64,000 bases of DNA. It comes from a virus. The translations under genes and the position numbers were made by a program. The notes beneath the pieces are model-generated. The model was not told the DNA's origin. It saw nothing but the letters and a program-made list of their open reading frames with translations, and ran no database searches. Positions 1-9,373 of this stretch are shown piece after piece. The stretch lies in the IMG/VR virus record IMGVR_UViG_3300034631_000059. The stretch is one strand, 5' to 3'. Each line of letters begins with the position of its first letter. Positions within the stretch are counted from its first letter, which is position 1.

Positions 1-149
1 CAACCTCGGTCAACGTTCGTTGACTAAGTTTAGACGGATGGGTGTTTGGAACGCAAGGGAACAGACAGAACCGGCAGGAAACAATAAACCATTGAAATAA
101 CCGGCGTTTTCGCGAAATCAGTGCTTGCGGGGCGAATCTTCTGGCCCTT

Positions 150-575
150 ATGGCTATCGGTATGAGCGAGATTGCCCCGCAAATGGCGCCCGCCAGGAAC
201 GCCGCCGCGCCCCGTAAGGCGCCGGCAAAGCGCGTGGCCGGCCCCTATGCGGGCCTGGCGCGGCTATCCGCTCCGGACCTGCGCACCCGCTACGGCCGGA
301 TCCTAAAGGGGGTGCGTGACGATCTTACTGCGCATGTCGGTGCGCGACCGTCCGCTACCCAGAAGATGCTGATCGAGCGAGCCGCCCAGCTCTCGCTCCG
401 CGTTGCGATGATGGATGACCTGGCCGCCGCCGGTAAGACGCTCACCGATCACGACAGCCGCACCTATCTCGCGTGGTCGAACACCCTGACCCGCACCCTA
501 CGGCAGCTTGGCCTTAAGGGAGCGGAGGCCCGGCCCAAGTCCCTCGCAGACCACATCGCGAGCCGCACGGCATGA
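150..575 (+). CDS. Hypothetical protein, putative small-terminase-position protein
   Basis: 141-aa helical ORF whose stop overlaps the TerL start (ATGA); call is positional. Confidence 0.55.
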   Translation: MAIGMSEIAPQMAPARNAAAPRKAPAKRVAGPYAGLARLSAPDLRTRYGRILKGVRDDLTAHVGARPSATQKMLIERAAQLSLRVAMMDDLAAAGKTLTDHDSRTYLAWSNTLTRTLRQLGLKGAEARPKSLADHIASRTA

Positions 576-2035
576 ACATCCGGGAAGCCATGACCGACCC
601 GGAGACCTTCGGGCCGCACTTCCGCGGCGATAGCTGGAGGGCCTGGGGCGCGTTCCTGGACGCTCTGTTTGCCCTGCCGATGGATGACGAAGCGCTCGCC
701 ACCTATCGGCGCCAAACCGGCCGTCAGGAGCCACCCGCCGCTCCTTTCAAGGAAGCCACGCTCGTTTGCGGCCGACGCGCCGGGAAGTCGCGCATCATGG
801 CGTTTGTGGCGGTCTACCTCGCCACCTTCCGCGACTATGCCCCGTATCTCGCGCCGGGCGAGGTTGCCACCGTCGCCGTCATGGCTAGGGACAAGAGACA
901 GGCACGGACGATCTTCAACTACGTGAAGGGTGCCTTCGAAACGGTCCCCATGCTGACGGACATGCTGGAGGACGAAACCAAGGAACAGCTCACTCTCAGT
1001 AACCGTGTGGTCATCGAGATCAGCACCGCCAGCTATCGCGGCACCCGCGGGTACACCTATGCGGCGGTGCTGGCCGATGAGACGGCCTTCTGGCGGACGG
1101 AGGAGACTTCGGCCAACCCGGACGAGGAGATCATCGCGGCCATCCGCCCGGGGCTCTCATCTATCCCCTCCTCCGTCCTGCTGATCGCCTCCTCCCCCTA
1201 TGCCAAGCGAGGGGTGCTTTGGACCAACTTCCGCAAGCACTTCGGCCATGACGGGGCGCGGGTGCTAGTGTGGAAGGCCAGCACGGCGGAGATGAACCCG
1301 AGGCGTGACGCGGCGCTGGAGGCTGAGGCCTACGAGGAAGACCCAGCCCGGGCATCGGCCGAGTGGGGAGGCAACTTCCGCGATGACGTAGCAGCCTTCG
1401 TCACGGCTGAGGCGGTGGATGGCTGCACCATGTGGGGTCGGCTGGAACTGCCCCGCATGGATGGCGCCCGCTACGTGGCCTTCGTGGACCCCTCTGGCGG
1501 CACCCGTGACAGCATGACCCTGGGCATTGCGCACACTGATAAGGGCGTAGCGGTTCTGGACGCGGTGCGGGAAGTGAAGCCGCCCTTCAGCCCCGAGGGG
1601 ACGGTGGAGGAGTTCTGCACCTTCCTCAAATCCTACGGCCTCTCCAGTGTCACGGGGGATCGATACGCGGGTGAATGGCCTCGGGAGCAGTTCCGCAAGC
1701 ACGGCATCGCCTATGAACTGAGCGAGAAGCCGAAGTCCGACATCTACCGCGACCTGCTCCCTCTGCTGAACAGCGGGCGGTGCGAGCTGCTGGACCTGCC
1801 TCGCATCCGCCAGCAGCTCACTGGTCTTGAGCGGCGCACGGCGCGCGGCGGCAGAGACAGCATCGACCACGGCCCGGGCGCCCATGACGACTTGGCGAAC
1901 GCGGTGGCCGGCGCGCTCCTACTGGCAGCCCAGAAGAAGCAGCCGATGAAGATCAACCCTTCCGTGGTCGCGCGGATCCGCGCCCAGCCCTTGCCTGGCC
2001 CGGTGGGAACTTTTCAGACGAGGCTACGCGCATGA
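572..2035 (+). CDS. terL: Terminase large subunit
   Basis: Walker A GRRAGKS, Walker B VLADE, IASSP coupling-type motif, nuclease-domain FVDPSGG and HDDLANA motifs. Confidence 0.88.
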   Translation: MNIREAMTDPETFGPHFRGDSWRAWGAFLDALFALPMDDEALATYRRQTGRQEPPAAPFKEATLVCGRRAGKSRIMAFVAVYLATFRDYAPYLAPGEVATVAVMARDKRQARTIFNYVKGAFETVPMLTDMLEDETKEQLTLSNRVVIEISTASYRGTRGYTYAAVLADETAFWRTEETSANPDEEIIAAIRPGLSSIPSSVLLIASSPYAKRGVLWTNFRKHFGHDGARVLVWKASTAEMNPRRDAALEAEAYEEDPARASAEWGGNFRDDVAAFVTAEAVDGCTMWGRLELPRMDGARYVAFVDPSGGTRDSMTLGIAHTDKGVAVLDAVREVKPPFSPEGTVEEFCTFLKSYGLSSVTGDRYAGEWPREQFRKHGIAYELSEKPKSDIYRDLLPLLNSGRCELLDLPRIRQQLTGLERRTARGGRDSIDHGPGAHDDLANAVAGALLLAAQKKQPMKINPSVVARIRAQPLPGPVGTFQTRLRA

Positions 2036-2868
2036 GGCTCATGGCATTCGACCGCTCGGTGCGGTCCTTCGACCGGGCCGGGCATCTGCACGTCGCCTCG
2101 GCGAATATCAGCAAGGCTTGCGTCAGCCCCTACCTCGGCGCGGAGATCCCGGACTGGAAGCAGATGGGGCTCTCCCCCAACCGCGTCTATCACCTCCTCC
2201 GCGACCCCGAGGAGCTGCGCCGGGCGGCCTCCACGTTCACCGGCAAGCCCCTGGTGCTGAAGCACCGGGCGCAGATCGCGTCTGACCACAGCCGGGACAT
2301 CACCATCGGCACGGTCGGGGAGGCGTCTTGGACTGCTCCCTACCTGCGGGCGCCCCTGGTCGTCTGGGACGGCGCCGGTATCGCGGCCATCGAGAGCGGC
2401 GCCCAGAAGCAACTGTCCCCTGGCTACTTCTTCGAAGCCGTCATGACCCCGGGCACCTTCGCCGGGGAGCCCTACGACGGCCGAATGGCCAACATTACCG
2501 GCAATCACGTCGCCCTGGTTCCCGAGGGGCGGCAGGGGCCGGACGTCGTGGTGGGAGATGCCCTCCCGACGCGGTTCAGAAACCTTGGAAAGGATAGTGC
2601 CATGTCGGATCCGGCAGGCGGCCTGATTGCAGGCGAACAGCTCAATCTCCGTTTGATTGACGCTTTCCGCGAATTCCTGTCCGGCAAGCTCTCGCCGGAC
2701 GACCTGGCGGGCTTCGACGCTCTCTGGATGCCCTATGTCTCGCAGACCGCTGACGCCGACCCCGAACGGCTCGCGGGGGACCGCCGGATGCCTGGCGCGT
2801 TCCGGCATGGTGACCGCGCCGGCTTCGAGAAGCGGTTCTCGACCCCCGTTCCGCTGAAGCACCTGTGA
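2032..2868 (+). CDS. DUF2213 family protein (putative head maturation protease)
   Basis: Starts MAFDRSVRSFDRAGHLHV, has YLGAEIPD, KQLSPGY and GNHVALVPEGRQGPDVVVGDA, typical of DUF2213. ATGA overlap with terL. Confidence 0.85.
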   Translation: MRLMAFDRSVRSFDRAGHLHVASANISKACVSPYLGAEIPDWKQMGLSPNRVYHLLRDPEELRRAASTFTGKPLVLKHRAQIASDHSRDITIGTVGEASWTAPYLRAPLVVWDGAGIAAIESGAQKQLSPGYFFEAVMTPGTFAGEPYDGRMANITGNHVALVPEGRQGPDVVVGDALPTRFRNLGKDSAMSDPAGGLIAGEQLNLRLIDAFREFLSGKLSPDDLAGFDALWMPYVSQTADADPERLAGDRRMPGAFRHGDRAGFEKRFSTPVPLKHL

Positions 2869-3581
2869 GGGCGGTCATGCGGATGCTGACCCCGGCAGGC
2901 GCCGAGAAGACCGCCTCTCCTGAGCGGGAGGCACTTGCCCGCGCCCAGCAGAGGCACCGTCTCTGTGCCCGCGCGGCCGAGGAGGCGCGCGACGCGGACG
3001 AGCGGGGCGCTGCCCTGGTCCGTGAGGCGCAGGAGGGGCTGGAGGCGGCACAGCAGCGATTGGAAGCAGCCAAGGGCGACCTGGCCAATTCCATGGCCGC
3101 GGCGGCCAAGGGCGGGCCTGCGGCCAGCGCCTCCTCCCTATCCCGCTGCCGGGCGGACGAGGCCGCTGCTATCGACGTGCTGGAGGCGGCCGAGGCGGCG
3201 AAAGGCTCCCTGGAGGCCAGCCGCCGGGACGCCGAGCGCGAGGCAGAGGCAGCCACGCGCTACGTTGAGCAGGCGGCGGGCGCGGTGGTGTTGGAATCTC
3301 TCGGCCCGCTTCTGGCGGAAGCGGTGGAGATGCAGCAGCGCCTCATTCGGTTTCGGCTGGGCCTGCGCTGGCTGATGCAGTCGCGCGTGGTCGCCGGCAA
3401 TCCAGCTCTCGCCGCCTTCATGGAGCGAGACGTTTTTCTACCCGGCCTTCACGGCGGGGAGGCCGATAACTCGATGGCCGTCATTTGGCAGCGCATGGAT
3501 GCCCCTGGACCCTGGAGGGCCTTCGTCCACGCCTTGCGCGGGGATCCGGACGCGCCGGCCCCTAGTGTGGTGGGAGGCTGA
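2865..3581 (+). CDS. Hypothetical coiled-coil protein
   Basis: Ala/Glu/Arg-rich heptad-like ORF overlapping the DUF2213 stop. Confidence 0.65.
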   Translation: MRAVMRMLTPAGAEKTASPEREALARAQQRHRLCARAAEEARDADERGAALVREAQEGLEAAQQRLEAAKGDLANSMAAAAKGGPAASASSLSRCRADEAAAIDVLEAAEAAKGSLEASRRDAEREAEAATRYVEQAAGAVVLESLGPLLAEAVEMQQRLIRFRLGLRWLMQSRVVAGNPALAAFMERDVFLPGLHGGEADNSMAVIWQRMDAPGPWRAFVHALRGDPDAPAPSVVGG

Positions 3582-3616
3582 GACGTGCGCCTGCCCCCCC
3601 TACCTCAGGAGGCTCA

Positions 3617-4522
3617 ATGACCAGCCTCCGGAAGCGCCTGATCGACGTCGAGATCACGCTGAACCCGGTGACCGACAACACCACCGGCGCCGTGACCCGC
3701 CCCACCTTCAGTCGCAGCGGCAAGGACACGCTGCTCCTCCAGGGCTACCGCTGCCAGGCGGTGATCCGGAAGGAGGGCTACATCTCGCAGAACCCGCTCT
3801 CCCTGCGGATCTACGGCCTCTCGCTGGACCTGATGAACGAGATCTCGACCCTGGGGCGGCTCCCGCTCGCCGGGCGGAACAACACCATCACAGTGAGCGC
3901 CGGGGACGAGATCGACGGCGTGGCGGTGGTCTACAAGGGCACCATCGCCAAGGCCTGGGCGAACTTCCAGGCCATGCCGGACGTCTTCTTTCAGATTGAG
4001 TCCTACACCGGGCTCTACGCCGCCCTGGCCCCCACGGATGCGACTTCCTTCGTGGGCGCGGTGGACGTGGGGACGGTCATCAGCGGGATCGCGAACCGGA
4101 TGGGCCGGAGCTTCCGGAACCATGGAGTTCAAACCAAACTGACCGACCCGTATTTCCACGGCACCCTCCTCCAGCAGCTCCAGTCCTGCGCGCAAGCTGC
4201 GGACATCGAGTACGAGGACACCGGGGATTCCATCGTCATCTGGCCGAAGAATGGAATCGTTCCCGGTGTGAAGCCCCTCGTCTCGCCCCAAACGGGCATG
4301 ATCGGCTACCCGTCCTTCACCCATAGCGGCATCGCGGTCAGCACACTCTACAACCCGAACATCGGGCGCGGGCAGCTCATCGAGGTGGAGAGCGACCTGA
4401 CCCCGGCCTGCGGGACGTGGCGTGTCTACACGCTGACCCACGTCCTGGAGAGCGACATTCCCAACGGCGAGTGGACCACCTACCTGGAAGCCGCGGAGCC
4501 GCCATATGCCGCGGTCCGATAA
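3617..4522 (+). CDS. Baseplate hub-like phage tail protein
   Basis: LRIYGLS, ITVSAGD, WANFQAMPD, SPQTGMIGYP, LYNPNI and GTWRV motifs resemble myovirus hub proteins; AGGAGG RBS upstream. Confidence 0.7.
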   Translation: MTSLRKRLIDVEITLNPVTDNTTGAVTRPTFSRSGKDTLLLQGYRCQAVIRKEGYISQNPLSLRIYGLSLDLMNEISTLGRLPLAGRNNTITVSAGDEIDGVAVVYKGTIAKAWANFQAMPDVFFQIESYTGLYAALAPTDATSFVGAVDVGTVISGIANRMGRSFRNHGVQTKLTDPYFHGTLLQQLQSCAQAADIEYEDTGDSIVIWPKNGIVPGVKPLVSPQTGMIGYPSFTHSGIAVSTLYNPNIGRGQLIEVESDLTPACGTWRVYTLTHVLESDIPNGEWTTYLEAAEPPYAAVR

Positions 4523-4866
4523 ACAGCGCGCCTGTGACACGATCCCAAACGAGGCAGCGCTGGGTCCTAGCGAAGCGGCGGCCGCTCCGGGGCCAGTTGT
4601 CGTTCATGGTGTCTTGTTTCTTCCCGACCTAAGGCGACCTCTCGCGCTCGCGTCTGGTGTGGGCTTTCCAAGCAGTCTGCGGATAGTGCCGGGGCTGCCA
4701 CGTTGCCCGACTCTTCTGGGGCAACGCGGTGCCGCCAAGCACGGCATCGGCGCGTAGTTCGCATCGTCGGCCGGCGAAGGTTCTGCTTGACGGCCAAGCG
4801 CTCTTGGCCTACATCACCGCCACGCCACGGTTGCAGAGCATTTACGTTTTAGCAACTGTGGTTTAC

Positions 4867-4893
4867 AAAAGGGCGCCTGCGGGCGCCCTTTTT
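4867..4893. terminator. Bidirectional intrinsic terminator-like hairpin
   Basis: AAAAGGGCGCC-TGCG-GGCGCCCTTTTT: perfect stem with A and T tracts on either side. Confidence 0.75.
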
Positions 4894-4915
4894 ACGTTTA
4901 GAGGTCTGGTTTTCA

Positions 4916-5782
4916 ATGGGTCGTGTGGCGGTCTTTGTGGATGCTGGGTACCTCTTTGCTGCTGGGACGGCACTCATTGCCGGTAGCAAGCAGCCCCGCC
5001 ACCTCACCCAGTTAAACGAGCAGTTGGCGGTTCAGGAGCTGATTGTTAAGGCGCAAGAATGTACGTCCTCGCCGCTACTTCGAGTTTATTGGTATGATGG
5101 TGTGAGCCCTAGGGGCCCGGGCCCGGAGCACCATCGGCTTGCTGCACTTAATAACGTAAAACTCCGGCTTGGCTTCATAAATAGTAGCGGGCAGCAGAAA
5201 GGGGTCGACAGCCTCATCGTCACGGATCTGATTGAGCTTGCGCGGAATAATGCCATGTCCGACGCCGTGGTCCTAGCCGGTGATGAGGATGTGCGGATCG
5301 GTGTGCAGGTGGCGCAAAGCTACGGCGTTCGGGTCCATCTATTGGGGGTAGTTCCCTCGCGCAGCAATCAAAGCCGCCAGTTAATGCAGGAGGCTGACAC
5401 GACTCACGAATGGGATAAGGACGTCGTTGGCAAGTTTATCGCCACCACACCAGTAGTTGCGACAGGCACTATCAAGCTCACCGCGACTACAGGTGCCGCA
5501 GGTGTTCCTGCGGTAATGCAATCAGCCACGGTAGTACCACAAGCGGACCTGACCCTAGAAGAGTGTGCAACTGCTTTCCTTGTGACCCTTGAGCAAAATG
5601 AGGTCACGCTGATACTAGAAGAGTGGCGCGATTACGGGCAGCTTCCATCCTCGTTCGACGGAAGACTCCTCGGATCCACCAGGGATAGAATGGGCCGAAA
5701 GCTGGAGCAGTCTGAGAGGCACTCGTTGCGCCGGGCGTTTGTCACGCAACTCCATGCCAGAACTCAGGAGCCGCCACAGTAG
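4916..5782 (+). CDS. NYN (LabA/DUF88, PIN-like) domain protein with C-terminal extension
   Basis: VFVDAGY, RVYWYDG, QQKGVDSLIVTDL and LAGDEDV carry the conserved acidic residues of NYN nucleases. Confidence 0.9.
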   Translation: MGRVAVFVDAGYLFAAGTALIAGSKQPRHLTQLNEQLAVQELIVKAQECTSSPLLRVYWYDGVSPRGPGPEHHRLAALNNVKLRLGFINSSGQQKGVDSLIVTDLIELARNNAMSDAVVLAGDEDVRIGVQVAQSYGVRVHLLGVVPSRSNQSRQLMQEADTTHEWDKDVVGKFIATTPVVATGTIKLTATTGAAGVPAVMQSATVVPQADLTLEECATAFLVTLEQNEVTLILEEWRDYGQLPSSFDGRLLGSTRDRMGRKLEQSERHSLRRAFVTQLHARTQEPPQ

Positions 5783-5812
5783 CCTTCTGCGAGTCTCACC
5801 ACGCAGTCAGCG

Positions 5813-6685
5813 TCACCATAGCCCCAACCAGGACCCGAGTTGAGCTGCCTTGCTTGCCGCCTCTGGAGCACGCACAGCAATGTCTTGGGCATCCTTTATT
5901 GCGCCGAGCGCTGCCCGGATTTTCGCTAAAGGAAGCCGTCCCGCCCTCAGCTCCGCCTCAGCCTCACGAAGTTCACCTGATGCTGCTGCCGGGGCCAAAC
6001 TGCCCATAGCAGACAGGCTCTCCACGAGAGAGCCGACTGCCTCGGCTATCTCCTGTGGAGAAGGAGAAATAGTTTGTGTAATCGACGAGATCGATCCGCC
6101 GCCATGGGCCAAGCCGCCTACCGGGCCATAAATATTGAACTGCGTACCAACAGTGCTGGCTGCCTTGGCCTCTTCCTTTGTGAAAGACAGCCCTTCGCCC
6201 TTAACGCCAGCCTCATCTAGCTTGAGAGCCCAGTCCATCACCGCATTCCGGGCGGCCTCTATTATTCCAGCCAAGGCAGATTTTGGAACGTGGATCTTAA
6301 CGTCTGCTGGGAAGCCAAGCTGAGAGCAGATCCTCTCGGCCAATTCCGGACGAACACCCACATGAAAATAACCGGAACTACTAAGTTCAAGCAAAGACGT
6401 CACGAGGGCCATTGGAGCTCTGATTTGCTGTGTCCCCATGCGCATCCCCATAATCGGCTGCCAGCCATTGTAGGGATTGAGATATTTGAGCTCACCAGCC
6501 GCGTGCCGGTAAAGTGGTAGCTTCGCCCCTTCACCGTAGCCGTTGATTTCGAATTCTACCCATTGAGCAAAGTCAGCCGCCTTCAGTTTGGCCGCGACAA
6601 GCTTCGCTTTGCGGAGAAGATCGGTGACGGGCGCATTGCGATCAATGGAATCGATTTGCAGTTGCTCAATGATGCTGGCGGACAT
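5813..6685 (-). CDS. AbiTii-like domain protein
   Basis: N-terminus SIIEQLQ...VTDLLRKAKLVAAKL...WVEFEINGY...LPLYR...NPYNGWQPI matches my recollection of the AbiTii family. Confidence 0.8.
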   Translation of the reverse strand: MSASIIEQLQIDSIDRNAPVTDLLRKAKLVAAKLKAADFAQWVEFEINGYGEGAKLPLYRHAAGELKYLNPYNGWQPIMGMRMGTQQIRAPMALVTSLLELSSSGYFHVGVRPELAERICSQLGFPADVKIHVPKSALAGIIEAARNAVMDWALKLDEAGVKGEGLSFTKEEAKAASTVGTQFNIYGPVGGLAHGGGSISSITQTISPSPQEIAEAVGSLVESLSAMGSLAPAAASGELREAEAELRAGRLPLAKIRAALGAIKDAQDIAVRAPEAASKAAQLGSWLGLW

Positions 6686-6692
6686 CGGCTTC

Positions 6693-6926
6693 CTATTTGG
6701 CAGCGGCCATACGTTGCGCCACTTCCTCCAGGTACTCGATCAGGCACCGAACCTGCTCTTTTGTGGTCGCGATCGGGTATTCGCCGATGGCGGATCTCAG
6801 CACGTCGTGATGGTCCACGAAGAACAGATTATTCCGAACATAGCTGTCGTAAGCCTCCAGCGTGGTATCGGTCATTTCAGGAATGTCGATGGCTTCCGCA
6901 TCGGTCTTCACTGTGATCCAGCTCAT
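6693..6926 (-). CDS. Hypothetical protein (77 aa)
   Basis: ATG at 6926 within the longer ORF; globular composition; directly upstream of and co-oriented with the AbiTii-like gene. Confidence 0.6.
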   Translation of the reverse strand: MSWITVKTDAEAIDIPEMTDTTLEAYDSYVRNNLFFVDHHDVLRSAIGEYPIATTKEQVRCLIEYLEEVAQRMAAAK

Positions 6927-7021
6927 TGATACCCTCCGGCTTCCGCTGAGGCCTGCTGGCCTGTCCGATTCGACGGGTCCGACGTCGTCCGCCATCCTGT
7001 CAACCGGACGGAGATTCGGCC

Positions 7022-7525
7022 ATGGAAATCGTCGCATCTAGCTCGGACGATGAGCGTGCGAGGCGCCGGGCACTTGATGACGCCGGCAGTGCCTTAGCGA
7101 CGCTGGCCGCCAACCTCATGCGCATCAGCCGCGGCGCGGGGAAGCCTGCCGACGTGGCGGTCCAGGCCGCAGAGGTCGTAATCATCGTCCGCGAGTATGA
7201 AGCCCTTACCGGGCATGGAGTGCCTGTGGGGGCAGTGTCGGATGCGCTTTCTGTTCGCCCGGCTTATGAATGGACCATGCAATTCCCGGACGATGAGCGG
7301 GAACGGATTCGCGCCACTGAACAGATGATTGCCGGTGCGCTTCAGGTGGCGGCATCGCGCCTCGTCGGCCAGAAGACCCAGGAGCGGGCAGGCGACGATG
7401 AGCTGTACCGAGGGGTGAGCAGGCTTCGCGAGTTACAGGAAGAATTGCGGAGGCAACGGCAGGCAGCGACGCGGGCCGCGAAGCCGAAGGCCGACAAAGT
7501 CTCGCGACGGATACAAAAAAAGTAA
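7022..7525 (+). CDS. Hypothetical helical protein
   Basis: 167-aa ORF with normal protein composition, filling the gap between opposite-strand genes. Confidence 0.65.
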   Translation: MEIVASSSDDERARRRALDDAGSALATLAANLMRISRGAGKPADVAVQAAEVVIIVREYEALTGHGVPVGAVSDALSVRPAYEWTMQFPDDERERIRATEQMIAGALQVAASRLVGQKTQERAGDDELYRGVSRLRELQEELRRQRQAATRAAKPKADKVSRRIQKK

Positions 7526-7530
7526 CATAG

Positions 7531-7743
7531 TTACCCCAGGCGGCGCCCAAGCTCCCTAAAGTCAATCGCGGGCTCATCCGACTTGGTAGGTGGGGGATTA
7601 GGAGCGAACTGCCTTTCAAGTTCCTCCAGCACCATCTTGTATCGCGCAACAACAAATGGGGCAGAGTGAGACTTCTCACCCACAAGCATTCCGGGCGTGA
7701 GCATGGCTGCGATCATCGGCAGCTCGTCTAGCTTGGGTGGCAT
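7531..7743 (-). CDS. Hypothetical protein (70 aa)
   Basis: GAGGA-type RBS upstream (AATGGAGAAAAGCTATG); follows the GNAT gene co-directionally. Confidence 0.55.
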   Translation of the reverse strand: MPPKLDELPMIAAMLTPGMLVGEKSHSAPFVVARYKMVLEELERQFAPNPPPTKSDEPAIDFRELGRRLG

Positions 7744-7755
7744 AGCTTTTCTCCA

Positions 7756-8307
7756 TTAACCCCGAGCGTTGTGCTGGATTTCCTTGAGCGGCAACATGAG
7801 GGTCAAGGGTGTCACACGGCTCGGCTTAAAGCCCATGTGCCGGTAAAAGCTCTCTGCCTCTTCGTGCAGGGCGTGAACCAGCAGGGCCGCGGTGCCGACG
7901 TAATCGGATACCTGCAATGTGCGCTGGATTGCGTCCTTTAAGAGGGCGGGGCCTAGACCGCGCCCTTTGAACCTCTTGTCCACCGCAAGGCGAGCAAGGA
8001 TGGTGATCGGGACGGGATTGGGCATCCCGTGCCTGAGGTCGCGAATGCAATCCGCGTGCGAGACAGATCCAGACGCAAGACTGTAGTAGCCCGCAACTTC
8101 ATGGGATTCGTCTGTGGTGATCACAAAGGTCCGACTGGCTCGACTGACCTGATTAGCCATAGCCCAACGGGTGAGCCACGCATTCAGCGTTGGCTCACCG
8201 CAATCGAAGTCTTCCAGCCCGTGGTCGGTTGTCAGCGCATGTGGCGCCCGGAGTGACCCAGGCGCCGCAATCTGAACAACCTTCCCCCTTGTTAACCCTT
8301 GGCCCAA
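7756..8307 (-). CDS. GNAT acetyltransferase toxin (AtaT/TacT-like)
   Basis: FDCGEPTLNAWL, SRTFV, VAGYYSL, ILARLAVD, KGRGLGPALL (acetyl-CoA motif) and FYRHMGF. Start codon uncertain. Confidence 0.9.
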   Translation of the reverse strand: MGQGLTRGKVVQIAAPGSLRAPHALTTDHGLEDFDCGEPTLNAWLTRWAMANQVSRASRTFVITTDESHEVAGYYSLASGSVSHADCIRDLRHGMPNPVPITILARLAVDKRFKGRGLGPALLKDAIQRTLQVSDYVGTAALLVHALHEEAESFYRHMGFKPSRVTPLTLMLPLKEIQHNARG

Positions 8308-8600
8308 GGCGACCTCTTCGAGAGCAGGCGCTTGAGCGCCGGGTTGTCATCAGGCGGCGCGTCGAGCGCAGCCACAAACTCATCCCAACGATCGCCATCT
8401 ACGAAGAACTGACGCTGATCCAAAAGTGTGTCCAATGCAGCCTTTCGGGCGCTCTCTAACATGAATGCAGTGCGGGTCTTCCCCTGCACCTTGGCAGCAC
8501 GATCGATCAGGTCGGTCTCATCTTTGCGCGCGCGGAGATTGATCTTGACCTCCGGGGATGCAACGTCGCTCCTATCGTGCCCCCTGCGCATGGCGGTCAT
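8292..8600 (-). CDS. DUF1778 ribbon-helix-helix antitoxin (AtaR/TacA-like)
   Basis: INLRA...LIDRAAKVQGKTRTAFMLESA...FVAALDAPP..NPALKRLL; overlaps the GNAT start. Confidence 0.9.
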   Translation of the reverse strand: MTAMRRGHDRSDVASPEVKINLRARKDETDLIDRAAKVQGKTRTAFMLESARKAALDTLLDQRQFFVDGDRWDEFVAALDAPPDDNPALKRLLSKRSPWAKG

Positions 8601-8747
8601 TGTGGGTGCTCCTTTCTGAACACATGCAGTGTCGGCTGCTTGTGTTGACGGCGTGTGTACGCTTCTGTGCGGACAACGTCAATACGCAATTCGTAGTTGC
8701 TGCGTTCGCCCGTTTTCCAGAGCTGGATCCAAATCCTACTGATTTTG

Positions 8748-8975
8748 CTAGGTTTTCCTCAGCCTAACCCCAGCCCCGCCACCGTTCTCCGCGATGAACT
8801 CGACCCCCGCAGCCTCCAGCGCGGCACGGATGGCGGCGAGGGTGGAAGCGTTGGCCGGCTGATCGGCTTCGATGCGGGTCACCGTGGCAGGCGAGACTTT
8901 CGCCCAGGCAGCCAAATCCCTGACGCCCAGCTTCAAGGCAGCCCGGGCCATCCGGCATTGTGCCCCTGTTATCAT
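8748..8975 (-). CDS. XRE-family HTH regulator
   Basis: MITGAQCRMARAALKLGVRDLA...VSPATVTRIE...GVEFI..NGGGAGVRL, a common alphaproteobacterial mobile-element repressor type. Confidence 0.88.
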   Translation of the reverse strand: MITGAQCRMARAALKLGVRDLAAWAKVSPATVTRIEADQPANASTLAAIRAALEAAGVEFIAENGGGAGVRLRKT

Positions 8976-8987
8976 CCGATCACCCTG

Positions 8988-9017
8988 TTGACGTGCCGCG
9001 GCTGGAGTGCCTAGATT
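8988..9017 (+). promoter_or_regulatory. Putative sigma70 promoter for the rightward operon
   Basis: TTGACG (8988-8993), 18-nt spacer, TAGATT (9012-9017), divergent from the XRE gene. Confidence 0.5.
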
Positions 9018-9124
9018 GGCACCACGTTATCGCATGAGCGCGATGACGGCAACAGAACGGCCTGGGAAGCGGCGGCAACCGCAACCCCGGCCTAACCTCA
9101 ACCCGCTGAGGAGATCAGCAGGCT

Positions 9125-9373
9125 ATGGCTAAGTGCACCCTATCACTTGCCGGGCATCCGGTAGAGCCCTCCCTTGGTAAGGGAGAGCACCACGGCACTC
9201 ATAATGCCGGGGTCCGACCGCCCTTTCTCGCCCACCAGAGCGCACCGCTCTGCGTCGTGCGTACCACCAACTTCCTCCGCCCCACCCGCTCCCAAATGCG
9301 GCAAGCCTACCGCCGCAACGGTGACCCGGTGCCCGTGAACCTGTGCGGCCTGTTTGGGAGGGCCTGGGCATGA
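9125..9373 (+). CDS. Hypothetical protein
   Basis: GAGGAG RBS upstream; first of four ORFs chained by ATGA overlaps. Confidence 0.5.
   Translation: MAKCTLSLAGHPVEPSLGKGEHHGTHNAGVRPPFLAHQSAPLCVVRTTNFLRPTRSQMRQAYRRNGDPVPVNLCGLFGRAWA

Noticed and set aside
4523-4800. Short ORFs between the hub-like gene and the NYN gene
   Set aside because: Several overlapping frames with no RBS, motif or codon bias; treated as non-coding or decayed.
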